Virus record (IMG/VR): IMGVR_UViG_3300027759_000110
Location: 1-56,727 of that record
Length of the DNA stretch: 56,727 bases
Source: a virus
Lineage: Duplodnaviria; Caudoviricetes
Strand: one strand, 5' to 3'
Both the position numbers and the translations under genes were made by a program. Numbering within the stretch: the first letter of the stretch is position 1; every line of letters starts with the position of its first letter. Below are positions 1-9,778 of this stretch, in pieces. A model generated the notes under the pieces. That model was not told where the DNA came from and did not search any database. It worked only from the letters and a program-made list of their open reading frames with translations.

Positions 1-1604
1 TTAGTAAACCTCCTCCTCCCCCTCCTCCTCCAGAGCAAGAAATGGAGATGTATCAGACGGGGATTGAAGGCGAGAGCCAAACACCAACATACGGCTACAG
101 GCCAAAGGCTTCGGCAGCACCACCACCACCTCCTCCTCCTCCTAATCAAGAGATGGAGATGTACCAAACAGGTATTGAAGGTGAGAGTCAGTTAGCAACC
201 TATGGTTATAGACCAGTATCTCCTGCGCCAGCTAGTTTTTTAAGTGGCAATGCTCCTGTTGAGCCTAAAGCACCAGATAGTATTGCCTATGAAGACAATC
301 CTTTCATGTTTAATGATGTAGCACAATTATCTTCACCACTTGGAGAAATTGTGGGACAAGCACCAGTAGGACTCGCTCCAAATAGCATCAGCAATGACGC
401 TTATGAAAATGATCCAGCTTATTGGGATAGAGTGATGGCAGACGCAAAAAACGTTGGAATGAATCCTGCACCTGCGCCACAACCTATTCCTACACCTGTT
501 ACTCAAACACCAGTAACACCACAGCCTGCACCAACACCACCTCCTGCGCCTGTGGCTGTAGCACCTCCACCTGTGGCGGCAACCCCTGTGGCTGCCCCTC
601 TTGAGCCTGTGGGAACACCTGCTCCTGTGGCGGCTACACCTGCACCTACACCTGTGGCGACACCCGCACCAGCAACACCAACCCCGACTGCGAGTCCAAC
701 TATGGCAACAGCAACTACATCCAACATTGACCCAACAATTCAACCATATTTATCTTATGGTTTATCAGAAGCCCAAAAGCTATACCAAGGCGGTGGGCCT
801 CAGTACTATGGTGGTCAGACTTATGTAAGCCCCTCACAAGCCACTCAAACTGGTTTACAGGCTTTGGAGCAACGTGCCACTCAGGGTAGCCCCTTAACTG
901 GTGCGGCTCAAGGTCAACTGCAAAGTACCATTCAGGGTAACTACCTAAGTGGAAACCCTTTCTTCCAAGGTGCGTTTAATCCTGCGGCACAGGCGGCTGA
1001 AGCTAAGTTCAAGTCATCATTGGGTGACATTGGTTCTGCGGCTTCTAAGGCTGGTCGTTATGGCTCTGGTGCTATGTCTACCATGCAACAAGGCGCTAGT
1101 GGTCAGTTTGCCAAGACTTTGGCTGATACGGCTGGAACTCTGGCTTACCAGAACTATGAGTCAGAGCGTGGCAGACAACAAGCGGCTACGATGGCTGCAC
1201 CTCAAATGGCTCAAGCTGATTACGCTGATATTCAGAATCAACTCAAAGCTGGTCAGATGCGTGAAGGCTATACAGGCGCACAACAGCAAGCTGACATCAA
1301 CAAGTTCAACTTCCAGCAAACCCAACCACAACAAAACCTGACTAACTTCTTGTCTGGTGTTTATGGCAATCCATTAGGTAGACAGCAAATGTCTGCTGGT
1401 GGCGGTCAAGCTGGCCCATCAGGTTTCCAGAATCTCTTAGGTACTGCGGCTACTCTTGGTGGTCTTTATAAAAACATTGGTGGCGCACAGGGTGTATCTC
1501 AGATTGGTAACTGGTTAACTGGTGGTGGCTCTAGTATTCCTAGTGCATATAACGCTGCGGCAAATTATGCGGCTACATCTCCAACTGGTTGGTTGGATTT
1601 CTAA
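1..1604 (+). CDS. Ejection/DNA-transfer protein (P22 gp7-like C-terminal part) with Pro-rich N-terminal extension; 5'-truncated by the window
   Basis: Frame is open upstream of the ATG at 42. From 702 (MATATTSNIDPTIQPYLSYGLSEAQKLYQ...GRYGSGA) the protein is G/Q/A-rich like podoviral pilot/ejection proteins. First of a three-gene series preceding a tail fibre. Confidence 0.6.
   Translation, partial: SKPPPPPPPPEQEMEMYQTGIEGESQTPTYGYRPKASAAPPPPPPPPNQEMEMYQTGIEGESQLATYGYRPVSPAPASFLSGNAPVEPKAPDSIAYEDNPFMFNDVAQLSSPLGEIVGQAPVGLAPNSISNDAYENDPAYWDRVMADAKNVGMNPAPAPQPIPTPVTQTPVTPQPAPTPPPAPVAVAPPPVAATPVAAPLEPVGTPAPVAATPAPTPVATPAPATPTPTASPTMATATTSNIDPTIQPYLSYGLSEAQKLYQGGGPQYYGGQTYVSPSQATQTGLQALEQRATQGSPLTGAAQGQLQSTIQGNYLSGNPFFQGAFNPAAQAAEAKFKSSLGDIGSAASKAGRYGSGAMSTMQQGASGQFAKTLADTAGTLAYQNYESERGRQQAATMAAPQMAQADYADIQNQLKAGQMREGYTGAQQQADINKFNFQQTQPQQNLTNFLSGVYGNPLGRQQMSAGGGQAGPSGFQNLLGTAATLGGLYKNIGGAQGVSQIGNWLTGGGSSIPSAYNAAANYAATSPTGWLDF
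42..215 (+). repeat. MEMYQTGIEGESQ..TYGYRP peptide repeat, copies 1-2 (starts 42 and 153)
   Basis: Direct reading; homologous copies at 17093 and 17366. Confidence 0.9.
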
Positions 1605-1614
1605 GGAATAAATC

Positions 1615-3018
1615 ATGGCAGGACTATTAGACATTTTTGGCACTAGCGGTCAAGACACAATGGGTCTTCTGGGGATGTCTCCAGAGGATATTGGTCGTAG
1701 CCGTGACGAAGCACAAGCCCAAGCACTTTACGCATTAGCAGGTCGTCTGTTTAAAGGCGGTAGTGGTGCATCGTCTGTTTTAGAGGGCTTACAGCAAGGT
1801 CAGCAAGCCTACAGAACCGCTATGCAAGGTGGTCTGCAAGAGCAATTGCAAAGAGCACAACTTCAAGAAATGCTTAAAAAGAAGCAACTTGAAGAACAAC
1901 AGAAAAAAGATGAATTGATGGCTAGACAATTGTTTATGCGTGGCTATCAACCTGCTGTTGCTGGTAAAGAATCTATGCCTATTGAGGAAGATGGCAGATT
2001 TATTGGTGATTCACAAGGTATTGCTGCTAAACCTGCTAGGTTTGATATTGGCTCAATTGCTCCTGAACTAATGGCTATTGGACCTGCTGGTCAGGCTCAA
2101 CTTAAAACAGGTCTTGAACTTCAAAAGTCAATGGCTGGTGAAACATTCAAACTTGGTGAAGGTGAGAAGCAATATCAACGTAATCCTCTTACTGGTGAAA
2201 TTACTGAAGTTGCGGCTGGTGCACCAAAGCGTGAGCCAGTACCTACATCAATTGCTGAATACAATTTAGCAAAAGCTCAAGGATTTGAAGGTACTTTGTT
2301 AGATTATGAAAAATCTAAAAAGGGATTTACATATCAAGACGTTGGCAATGCAATTATTCAATTAGATGCAAATGGAAAAGAAGTTTCACGCATAACTAAA
2401 GGTCGTGCGCCAGAAGGCCCTGTAAGTTTCCAAGCTATTGAAACTGACCAAGGATTGATGGCGTTTAATCCAAAGACATATCAAATGACTCCTGTTATGG
2501 GTGCTGATGGTAAGCCATTAACTAAGTCTGGTAAGCCAACTGAAGGTGAAACTAATGCGGCTGGATTTGCATCTCGGATGGTTGCTGCAAATGCAATCAC
2601 ATCTAAATTAGCCTCAGGCAATGTTCCTAAAACAATAGAAGCAATTTCAGGTGTTATTCCTTTAATTGGCAAAGCAATTCCAGAAGTTATCCCTCAGGGT
2701 ATTGGTGGATTATCTCCAGAACGCAGACAATACTTACAAGCGGCTAATAACTTTATTCGTGCTAACTTGCGTAAGGAATCAGGCGCAGCAATTGGTGCTG
2801 ATGAGTGGACTGCTGAGTTTATTAACTACTTCCCACAGTACAACGATGATGCACAAACAATTAAGCAGAAAGAAATTTTCCGTAACATTCTGACTCAAAA
2901 CATGGTTGCTGCTGGCGGTAAGTCATACAAAGCACCAAGCATGACAGCACCTGAGTCAATGACTGATGCTTACGGACTAAATCCAAGATTGCGTGACTCT
3001 TTGCGTGGAGGTCAGTAA
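1615..3018 (+). CDS. Ejection/DNA-transfer protein (gp20-like position)
   Basis: 467 aa, AAGGA RBS, MAGLLDIFG start, C-terminal NFIRANLRKESGAAI...YFPQ motif seen in phage internal virion proteins; synteny. Confidence 0.55.
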   Translation: MAGLLDIFGTSGQDTMGLLGMSPEDIGRSRDEAQAQALYALAGRLFKGGSGASSVLEGLQQGQQAYRTAMQGGLQEQLQRAQLQEMLKKKQLEEQQKKDELMARQLFMRGYQPAVAGKESMPIEEDGRFIGDSQGIAAKPARFDIGSIAPELMAIGPAGQAQLKTGLELQKSMAGETFKLGEGEKQYQRNPLTGEITEVAAGAPKREPVPTSIAEYNLAKAQGFEGTLLDYEKSKKGFTYQDVGNAIIQLDANGKEVSRITKGRAPEGPVSFQAIETDQGLMAFNPKTYQMTPVMGADGKPLTKSGKPTEGETNAAGFASRMVAANAITSKLASGNVPKTIEAISGVIPLIGKAIPEVIPQGIGGLSPERRQYLQAANNFIRANLRKESGAAIGADEWTAEFINYFPQYNDDAQTIKQKEIFRNILTQNMVAAGGKSYKAPSMTAPESMTDAYGLNPRLRDSLRGGQ

Positions 3019-5054
3019 TGGCTTACGAAAATGTTGAGCGTATCCGTAAAAACCTTATCACAATGGTTGATAAGAACGCACCTGTTGATGATATTAACAA
3101 ATACCTAAAAGAAGAAGGATTCACTCAAGAATCTTTTGTTAAAGCACTAGATCTTGTTAAAAAATCTGGTGGTAAGACTGCTGAGTTTGGCGCAGGTCGA
3201 TCATTGGCTCAAGGTGCTACATTTGGTTTTGCTGATGAACTTGAGGCACTAACAAAGTCACTTGCGGGTCAAGGTACTTATGAACAAAACTTAGCGGCAC
3301 TTGAACTTGCTAAACAAAGGTATGGTCAAGAAAATCCTAAGACTGCATTGGCTACTGAGATTGCAGGTGGATTGCCATACGCATTATTACCATTTTTAGG
3401 AACTGCTCGTTATGCACAAATGGCTAGAGAAGCATCTCCATTGGTTCGTGCGGGAGTTACGTCTGGGGCCTCTGCTGTTACAGGCGCAATTACTGGCGCA
3501 CTCGGTGGTGCTGGTGCTGCAGGGGTTGGTGAGCGTATGGCTGGCGCACAAGCTGGTGGTGCATTGGGTGGTTTAGTTGGTGGTGCTGCACCTGCGGTTA
3601 CCAAGGGCATTGGAATGGCTGGAGGTAAAGTAGTTGATGTAACTAGCGGAATTCCTGTTGTTCAGCAAGTTGGTAAGGTTGTTGGGTTGGCAACTGGTCA
3701 AAGTGTTGACTATGCTAATCGTGCAAAAGCTAAGTTATTAGAGGCTTTGTATCGTGATAAGGTAAGCCCTGCTGATTTAGAAAAGATGATTCTTGCTTCT
3801 GCTAATTTAGAGAGAACAATTACTGGTACTACCAAGCCAGTAGGAATTGTTGATATTGCTGGTGAAAATGTAAGGTCACTTGCTGATGTTGCTCAGAAGT
3901 ACCCAAGCACAGCGAGACAGACTGCTAAGACAGCACTTGAAGAACGAGCCGCAGGTCAGGGTGAGCGTATTCAAGGCGACATTTCAAAGTACCTTGGTGG
4001 CTTTACAGACCCATTTGAATACACAACAGCAATTGCTCAACGGCAACAACAAGTATCATCTCCGCTTTACCAAAAAGCATACGCTTATGGTGAGGTAACA
4101 AACCCTAAGGTTCTTAAATTTTTAGAACTTCCTCAATTCAAAAAGGCGGCTAAAGAAGCTCAAGATTTGCTTGCGGCTGAAGGTCGTTCTGTAGATATGT
4201 CTATGCCTACAGTAGAGGTTTTAGATCAAGTTAAACGTGGTCTTGATGTTTTAATTAAAAAAGAAACAGACCCATTTGGAAAGATTACTGATCTTGGTCG
4301 TATCTATAAAAATAAGAAAAATGAATTTTTGGCTGAGTTAGATACTGCTGTTCCTGACTTTGGTAGGGCTAGAGCCGCATTTGCTGGTGAAGCTGAATTG
4401 CTTGATGCGACAAAGCTAGGAAAAGACTTTTATAAACAGACTGCGGCAGAAGCCAATCGTACATTTGCCAAGTTGTCTCCATCTGAGCAAGAGGCTTACA
4501 AAGTAGGTGCTTTAGATGCTGTAAAAGAAAAAATTACAACTGCTAAAGATACTGCTGATATTCGTAAGCGCATATTTGGTTCACCAGCAGAGCGTGATCG
4601 TGTTTCGTCACTATTCCCTGATACTGATACTTTCAAGCAATTTGAAAAAGACATGATGACTGAATCAATGATGCGTAAGACTCAAGAGAAAATCTTGGGT
4701 AACTCTGCAACATTTGAGAGGCAAATTGCTGGTCAGGCTTTAGAAGCAGAGCCTAGCTTTATTGGTCAAATGATTGAACAGGGCCCACTCAGGGGAACTA
4801 TGGGTTACTTGAAAGCACAGGGTCAAGGTGTTGCTGGTCAAACAGCAGAGGAACTTGGCCCAATGTTATTTAAACTTGGTGACCCAAGAGCAAATCTTCA
4901 AACATTAAAAGCCTTGAGTGCTTATGAGAAATACTTGCTTGATTTGGAAGCCAAAAAAGCTGCTGGTTTAACTGGTGCATCTACAATGACAGGATTGCTA
5001 GACACAGAAAAACCTTATCGTATAGATTTAACTGGAATGGCTAACCCCGACTAA
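3018..5054 (+). CDS. Ejection/DNA-transfer protein (gp16-like position)
   Basis: 678 aa, TAATG overlap with the previous gene, GRSLAQGATFGFADE motif and a Gly/Ala hydrophobic stretch typical of podoviral injection proteins. Confidence 0.6.
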   Translation: MAYENVERIRKNLITMVDKNAPVDDINKYLKEEGFTQESFVKALDLVKKSGGKTAEFGAGRSLAQGATFGFADELEALTKSLAGQGTYEQNLAALELAKQRYGQENPKTALATEIAGGLPYALLPFLGTARYAQMAREASPLVRAGVTSGASAVTGAITGALGGAGAAGVGERMAGAQAGGALGGLVGGAAPAVTKGIGMAGGKVVDVTSGIPVVQQVGKVVGLATGQSVDYANRAKAKLLEALYRDKVSPADLEKMILASANLERTITGTTKPVGIVDIAGENVRSLADVAQKYPSTARQTAKTALEERAAGQGERIQGDISKYLGGFTDPFEYTTAIAQRQQQVSSPLYQKAYAYGEVTNPKVLKFLELPQFKKAAKEAQDLLAAEGRSVDMSMPTVEVLDQVKRGLDVLIKKETDPFGKITDLGRIYKNKKNEFLAELDTAVPDFGRARAAFAGEAELLDATKLGKDFYKQTAAEANRTFAKLSPSEQEAYKVGALDAVKEKITTAKDTADIRKRIFGSPAERDRVSSLFPDTDTFKQFEKDMMTESMMRKTQEKILGNSATFERQIAGQALEAEPSFIGQMIEQGPLRGTMGYLKAQGQGVAGQTAEELGPMLFKLGDPRANLQTLKALSAYEKYLLDLEAKKAAGLTGASTMTGLLDTEKPYRIDLTGMANPD

Positions 5055-5066
5055 GGACTAACATGG

Positions 5067-5555
5067 CTACTCAAGTCTTGCAAAACTCCCATGTAATTCC
5101 AATGCGGCTTTTTTGTAGGCTTGACTAGCTTCTTCAGCAGTTTTGTAACAACCCAAACTAATACATTTGTAATTAACTGTAATTCTTGCAACAAACCTAT
5201 TATTTTGATTATGAAGATAAACCCCTTTAAATCCAGTAGTGTTGCTTGTTCTCAGTTTTGTGTTTCTGTTGTTTTGAGCGTTGTTTGCTTCACGCAGATT
5301 AGAAGCCAAGTTGTTTGAACGATTGCCATCTATATGATCTATCTGTTCAGGCCAATAACCATTAAACATCATAAAAATGATTCTATGAACGTAGTGCTTC
5401 TTTTTGTTAATTGTTACTTCACAGTAGCCGTTGCTTTTTTTAAGTCGGCTGGCTTGTTTGCCTATGAGTTTATTTCCTCTGCGATCAACTTTCCAAAAGA
5501 GATGACCATCACGATACTCGAAAAGTTCGTGAAGAAATTGCTGTGTGATTTCCAT
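5067..5555 (-). CDS. HNH homing endonuclease with C-terminal AP2-like DNA-binding domain
   Basis: HRIIF...IDHIDGNRSNNLASNLRE HNH motif; NTTGFKGVY...LGCYKTAEEASQAY AP2-like tail. Start placed at ATG 5555 (GGTGGA upstream) rather than 5585. Confidence 0.9.
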   Translation of the reverse strand: MEITQQFLHELFEYRDGHLFWKVDRRGNKLIGKQASRLKKSNGYCEVTINKKKHYVHRIIFMMFNGYWPEQIDHIDGNRSNNLASNLREANNAQNNRNTKLRTSNTTGFKGVYLHNQNNRFVARITVNYKCISLGCYKTAEEASQAYKKAALELHGSFARLE

Positions 5556-5564
5556 ATATCCACC

Positions 5565-5665
5565 AAAGAAAAACCCCTTGAACATTCGCAGTACCAGTGC
5601 AAATATCCAAGGGGTAGCCAGTGGCTTAGAACTCTAAAGGTCTGGTACACCCAAGGTCTAAGCCT
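5565..5665 (-). ncRNA. Two-hairpin leader with complementary loops (GTACCAG / CTGGTAC); the second hairpin is terminator-like
   Basis: Minus strand GGCTTAGA...TCTAAGCC stem, then ACCCCTTGGATATTTGCA-CTGGTAC-TGCGAATGTTCAAGGGGT followed by TTTTCTTT. Confidence 0.55.
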
Positions 5666-5671
5666 ACCGAT

Positions 5672-5700
5672 ATTCTTTCATAAACAAATTGCCTTGTCAA
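5672..5700 (-). promoter_or_regulatory. Sigma70-like promoter for the HNH-AP2 gene
   Basis: Minus strand TTGACA-17 bp-AAGAAT with TG extension. Confidence 0.55.
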
Positions 5701-5743
5701 CCACCAAGGCTTAAAATCAGATTAACCGAACTAGGAGTCCAAA

Positions 5744-7330
5744 ATGGCCCGTACGAAGATTAGCGAATTTAGCGCAACACCAGCAAGCAATACCGATATT
5801 GATAGTATTAACATCAGTGAGGGCTGTGCACCCTCTGGTATCAATGACGCTATCCGTGAATTAATGAGCCAACTGAAGGACTTTCAGACAGGTGCTGTTG
5901 GTGACTCGTTTAACGGCCCTGTAGGAACGACTACGGCTGCTGCTGGTGCGTTTACTACGCTAGCGGCTTCTGGTGCTGTAACCCTGTCTGGTGGTACTGC
6001 CAATGGTGTTACTTATTTAAACGGCTCTAAAGTCCTTACAAGTGGTTCTGCGCTTACTTTTGATGGTACTAATTTAAATACTACTGGTAACTTTCAAATT
6101 GGCGGCACAAAGATGCTGAGTAAGATTACTGGTGATTCTTACATTTGGAATAACACATCTGCATTGAATTTTGTTAGTAGCGATGGAAATACTGTTCAAT
6201 TAAAACTTGACTCCTCTGGCAACCTTGGATTAGGAGTTACTCCTAGTGCTTGGAGTGGAATGAAAGCATTTCAGTTGGGTGACGGCACATTTGCAATGTC
6301 TTCTGATGGAGCAGGTGCAGGTGATGGCTCTCTCACTTGGAACGGCTATTACAACGGCACAAATTGGATTTATGGCTATACAGGTGGCGGTTCTAGTAGA
6401 TATCGCCAGACTGAATTAGGTCACGCTTGGTTTTATGCCGCATCAGGTACAGCAGGAAACGCCATTACCTTTACTCAGGCAATGACTCTGGATGCTAACT
6501 CCAATTTAATTGTCAATGATACTGCGGTTCAATACTCATCAAAGCTGTATGTCAATGGTGCTTTTGCCGCTCGTAATGGCGGTGTGGACGGAACATATGC
6601 GGATGCTTTTACTGCGGGATACAACGGGAACTATAACGAAAAAAATGTTATTCAGACTCAAGTAGGCGGGGCTTCAGGATTTAGATTTAAAACTTCAAAT
6701 GGAGGTGGTTCTGCGTCAACCACCACAACCCTTGATCTAGCAATAAATGGAACTATTTTTTATATTAATGGATCGGAAAAAGCCCGTATAGACTCAAGCG
6801 GTAACTTGCTGGTGGGGACTACAAATTCAGCAGAAAATGCTGGAGCTGGCTTTAAGTTGCTAACTAGCGGTCAAGTTGCTTGTATTACTACAGCAAACAC
6901 AACAAATGCTCAAATGTCAACTTACGAGTTGTACTCAACAGGTGCTAGTGCTTTTAGATTTTATGTTGGTGCTGGTGGAACTATTTTTGCCACATCTACA
7001 ACTATCACCGCTATTTCTGACAAACGCCTAAAAGAAAACGTCCGAGATTTGGATGATGGTCTTGATGTGGTGATGGCATTGAAGCCTCGCAAGTTTGATT
7101 GGAAAGAAGGCAAAGGCGCTAATATCAAAAATGCTCGTGGTTTTATTGCTCAAGAGTTTGAGACAGTATTGCCAGACATGATTGAAACATGGCGTGACCC
7201 TGCGCCTGAAGGTGAAGAACCATATAAAGCAATCAATGCAAACTTGATTCCAACATTGGTCAAAGCCATCCAAGAACAACAAGCAATCATTGAATCACTC
7301 AAGGCACGTTTGGATGCCGCTAACCTTTAA
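5744..7330 (+). CDS. Tail fibre with C-terminal intramolecular chaperone (peptidase S74) domain
   Basis: N-terminal anchor NTDIDSINISEGCAPSGINDAIRELMSQLK; repeated LDSSGNL/IDSSGNL fibre motifs; SDKRLKENV...GFIAQE...LVKAIQE S74 signature; AGGAG RBS. Confidence 0.88.
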   Translation: MARTKISEFSATPASNTDIDSINISEGCAPSGINDAIRELMSQLKDFQTGAVGDSFNGPVGTTTAAAGAFTTLAASGAVTLSGGTANGVTYLNGSKVLTSGSALTFDGTNLNTTGNFQIGGTKMLSKITGDSYIWNNTSALNFVSSDGNTVQLKLDSSGNLGLGVTPSAWSGMKAFQLGDGTFAMSSDGAGAGDGSLTWNGYYNGTNWIYGYTGGGSSRYRQTELGHAWFYAASGTAGNAITFTQAMTLDANSNLIVNDTAVQYSSKLYVNGAFAARNGGVDGTYADAFTAGYNGNYNEKNVIQTQVGGASGFRFKTSNGGGSASTTTTLDLAINGTIFYINGSEKARIDSSGNLLVGTTNSAENAGAGFKLLTSGQVACITTANTTNAQMSTYELYSTGASAFRFYVGAGGTIFATSTTITAISDKRLKENVRDLDDGLDVVMALKPRKFDWKEGKGANIKNARGFIAQEFETVLPDMIETWRDPAPEGEEPYKAINANLIPTLVKAIQEQQAIIESLKARLDAANL

Positions 7331-7342
7331 AAGGAAAACATC

Positions 7343-7645
7343 ATGTCAGTAACTTGGAAAATCTCAACCCTTGATCGTGACGTAGCAACAGGCTATGTAA
7401 CTACCGCCCATTGGACAGCATCAGCAGTAGACGGAGATCACTCTGCCTCTGCCTATGCAACAGTCTCATGGCCTGAAGGCACTCCTGCCATTCCTTACGC
7501 ATCCCTCACAGAAGCCACAGTCCTTAATTGGGTGTGGGAATCTGTTGACAAGGAAGCTACTGAGTCTGCTTTGGCGGCTCAGATTGCTTTGCTGAAGAAT
7601 CCTGTAAAAGCCTCTGGCACACCTTGGGCAACACCAATAGTTTAA
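7343..7645 (+). CDS. Tail fibre-associated small protein
   Basis: 100 aa directly after the fibre; IPYASLTEATVLNWVW...GTPW pattern common downstream of phage fibres. Confidence 0.55.
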   Translation: MSVTWKISTLDRDVATGYVTTAHWTASAVDGDHSASAYATVSWPEGTPAIPYASLTEATVLNWVWESVDKEATESALAAQIALLKNPVKASGTPWATPIV

Positions 7646-7660
7646 ACAGGAAGCTGCCAC

Positions 7661-8350
7661 ATGACTGCCTTTTATGTTTATGAACATACCCGTAAAGATA
7701 CGGGGGCGGTCTTTTATGTTGGCAAAGGTCATGGTAAACGGCATTGCTCTAAACTCAACAGAAACCAATATTGGCATAATGTTGTGAACAAAGCTGGAGG
7801 ATTTGATTCCCGTGTTGTTTACGAAGACCAGTCTGAAGAATTAATATTGCTTGCTGAAATAGAGAAAATTAACCAGTTGCGGATGCTAGGTGTAACTCTT
7901 GTTAACTTGACTGATGGCGGTCAGGGCATCACAGGATTAAAACACTCAGAGGAAAGCAAACGGTTAATGAGCCAAAAGCTCAAGGGCAAAAGCCACAAGC
8001 ACACGCCTGAGTCAATTGAAAAAATTAGGCAAGCAAATACGGGTGTTGTTTTTTCTGATGAACGTAAAGAGAAGTTGCGGCAAAAGGCTTTAGGCAGAAA
8101 GATGCTACCTCATGTAAGAGAAGCTCTTAAGCAAAGAATGAAGTCTTTTAAACAATCAGAAGAAACCAAAGAGCATTTGAGGCAAGTAAACCTTGGTCGC
8201 AAACATACGCCAGAAACTTTAATAAAAATGAGTGCATGGCAAAAAGATAGACCAAAGTTAATTTGCCCACATTGCAACAAGGCCGCTAACGTTAACATGG
8301 CTAAACGTTGGCATTTTAATAACTGTAAACTGAAAGAACAAAATGGCTAA
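7661..8350 (+). CDS. GIY-YIG-type homing endonuclease with NUMOD3 repeats
   Basis: FYVYEH...FYVGKG...LVNLTDGGQG catalytic domain; repeated KHSEESKRLMS / KHTPESIEKIR / KHTPETLIKMS NUMOD3 motifs; C-terminal CPHC. Confidence 0.85.
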   Translation: MTAFYVYEHTRKDTGAVFYVGKGHGKRHCSKLNRNQYWHNVVNKAGGFDSRVVYEDQSEELILLAEIEKINQLRMLGVTLVNLTDGGQGITGLKHSEESKRLMSQKLKGKSHKHTPESIEKIRQANTGVVFSDERKEKLRQKALGRKMLPHVREALKQRMKSFKQSEETKEHLRQVNLGRKHTPETLIKMSAWQKDRPKLICPHCNKAANVNMAKRWHFNNCKLKEQNG

Positions 8351-8570
8351 AGACACGAAAAATGCCGTTTCAATCGACGGGCAAGAATATCCAGTAGATG
8401 ATTTAACGCCGCAACAGCAAGCCCTGCTTTCGCACGTTGCCGACTTAGATCGTAAATTAGACTCTGCCCGATTTTCTGTAGATCAGCTCTCAGTGGGAAG
8501 AAACGCCTTCTTTGAGTTACTCAAGCAAGCACTGGCAAAGCCTGAAGAGGCTGTGTCGGACGTAGAGTAA
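8343..8570 (+). CDS. Hypothetical protein (coiled coil, fibre-region)
   Basis: 75-aa ORF, VSIDGQEYPVDDLTPQQQ pattern typical after phage fibre genes. Confidence 0.55.
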   Translation: MAKDTKNAVSIDGQEYPVDDLTPQQQALLSHVADLDRKLDSARFSVDQLSVGRNAFFELLKQALAKPEEAVSDVE

Positions 8571-8590
8571 CCGGAGAACGCTTATGAACT

Positions 8591-8875
8591 ATGCGCTTGT
8601 TTTTTGTATTACTCATCTGCGTTGTTTTTTGGGCGAGTGCAAAGAGCTTGTGCATAGTTTCGGATTTTTATGGGCTGAGCTGGATAGGTGAACCAACCCT
8701 GCGCCACACGGAATTGTCCAAGTGGCTGACAGTAAACGGTGATTCATGTGGCTCACAAGAGTTGGCTGGAATTTGGAACAACCTGTCTATGTGGGCAGGG
8801 GTTGCAGATAGCGCAGAGTTAAGGGCAAAGGTACTGTATTACTACGCAAGGGCGCGAGAAAGGGAAGGAAAATGA
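8591..8875 (+). CDS. Hypothetical secreted/membrane protein
   Basis: Hydrophobic signal-like N-terminus; ATGA overlap with the next gene. Confidence 0.5.
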   Translation: MRLFFVLLICVVFWASAKSLCIVSDFYGLSWIGEPTLRHTELSKWLTVNGDSCGSQELAGIWNNLSMWAGVADSAELRAKVLYYYARAREREGK

Positions 8876-9108
8876 TTGAAACAATTAAGCTTTTCCCGAC
8901 AGTGCAAGCGTCAGGGTATCCCGACAAGCACGATCTTGCCCAAGCCAAACTAGAAAAACAACAACAAGTAAACAAAACGCTTGAGGTGGCTAAGCAAAAG
9001 CAGACGGAATTACAAGACATTGGGTTTGAGATTTACTGCAAGAAGGTAGTTCAAGAGCGGCTCCGCATGGAGATATTCACAAATCGTAAGCTGGATATTT
9101 ATGTATGA
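8872..9108 (+). CDS. Hypothetical protein
   Basis: 78-aa ORF with ATGA overlaps on both sides. Confidence 0.5.
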   Translation: MIETIKLFPTVQASGYPDKHDLAQAKLEKQQQVNKTLEVAKQKQTELQDIGFEIYCKKVVQERLRMEIFTNRKLDIYV

Positions 9109-9368
9109 CCAAGAAACCACCACAACCCGACACGAAAGAAAAGCTGACGTTATACGTCACTCTGATGGTAAGCACGACATTGTGCATCTCTGTTTTGGGC
9201 ATGGTATTTGCCTTTCTCCTTGGTTTGTGGGCCAAGGAAGTGGACAACGCAGAGATATTCAAGATGATTTCACCCGCTTTTTCTACTCTTATCGGCGGCA
9301 TGATTGGGTTCCTGTCTGGTATCAAACTCATGCAGAATGAAGACACTAAACCAAAGGATCCCAAATGA
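9105..9368 (+). CDS. Two-TM membrane protein in the lysis cassette
   Basis: Two hydrophobic helices; translationally coupled to the holin. Confidence 0.55.
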   Translation: MTKKPPQPDTKEKLTLYVTLMVSTTLCISVLGMVFAFLLGLWAKEVDNAEIFKMISPAFSTLIGGMIGFLSGIKLMQNEDTKPKDPK

Positions 9369-9778
9369 TCGGTCTAGACGCAATCCTTAATATTGGCGGT
9401 AAGCTCATTGACAAGCTTATACCGGATCCTGAAGCCAAGGCGCGGGCGCAACTGGAGCTTACCAAGCTGGCGCAGGACGGTGAACTAACTAAGATGGCCA
9501 ACGAAACTAAACTGTATGAGACTGAGCAGAACAATCTGACCCAGCGCGTTCAGGCCGACATGGGCAGTGATTCATGGCTGTCTAAGAACATCCGCCCCAT
9601 GACGCTGATCTTCCTGCTTGTAGCCTATTCCGGCTTTGCCATTGCCTCTATATTTGAATACGAAACACGTGGTGCATACGTGGAATTGCTTGGGACTTGG
9701 GGCATGGTGGTAATGAGTTTTTATTTTGGAGGCCGTACCGCTGAAAAAATGATGGACAAGTTTGGGAATAAGAAATGA
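9365..9778 (+). CDS. Holin (3TM / GTA-holin-like)
   Basis: GKLIDKLIPDPEAK...DSWLSKNIRP...FYFGGRT motifs with two C-terminal TM segments; adjacent to the endolysin. Confidence 0.75.
   Translation: MIGLDAILNIGGKLIDKLIPDPEAKARAQLELTKLAQDGELTKMANETKLYETEQNNLTQRVQADMGSDSWLSKNIRPMTLIFLLVAYSGFAIASIFEYETRGAYVELLGTWGMVVMSFYFGGRTAEKMMDKFGNKK

Noticed and set aside
1-215. Terminal repeat or circular overlap with 17075-17434
   Set aside because: The copies differ at synonymous sites and their flanks are unrelated, so this is a diverged peptide repeat and not an exact assembly overlap.
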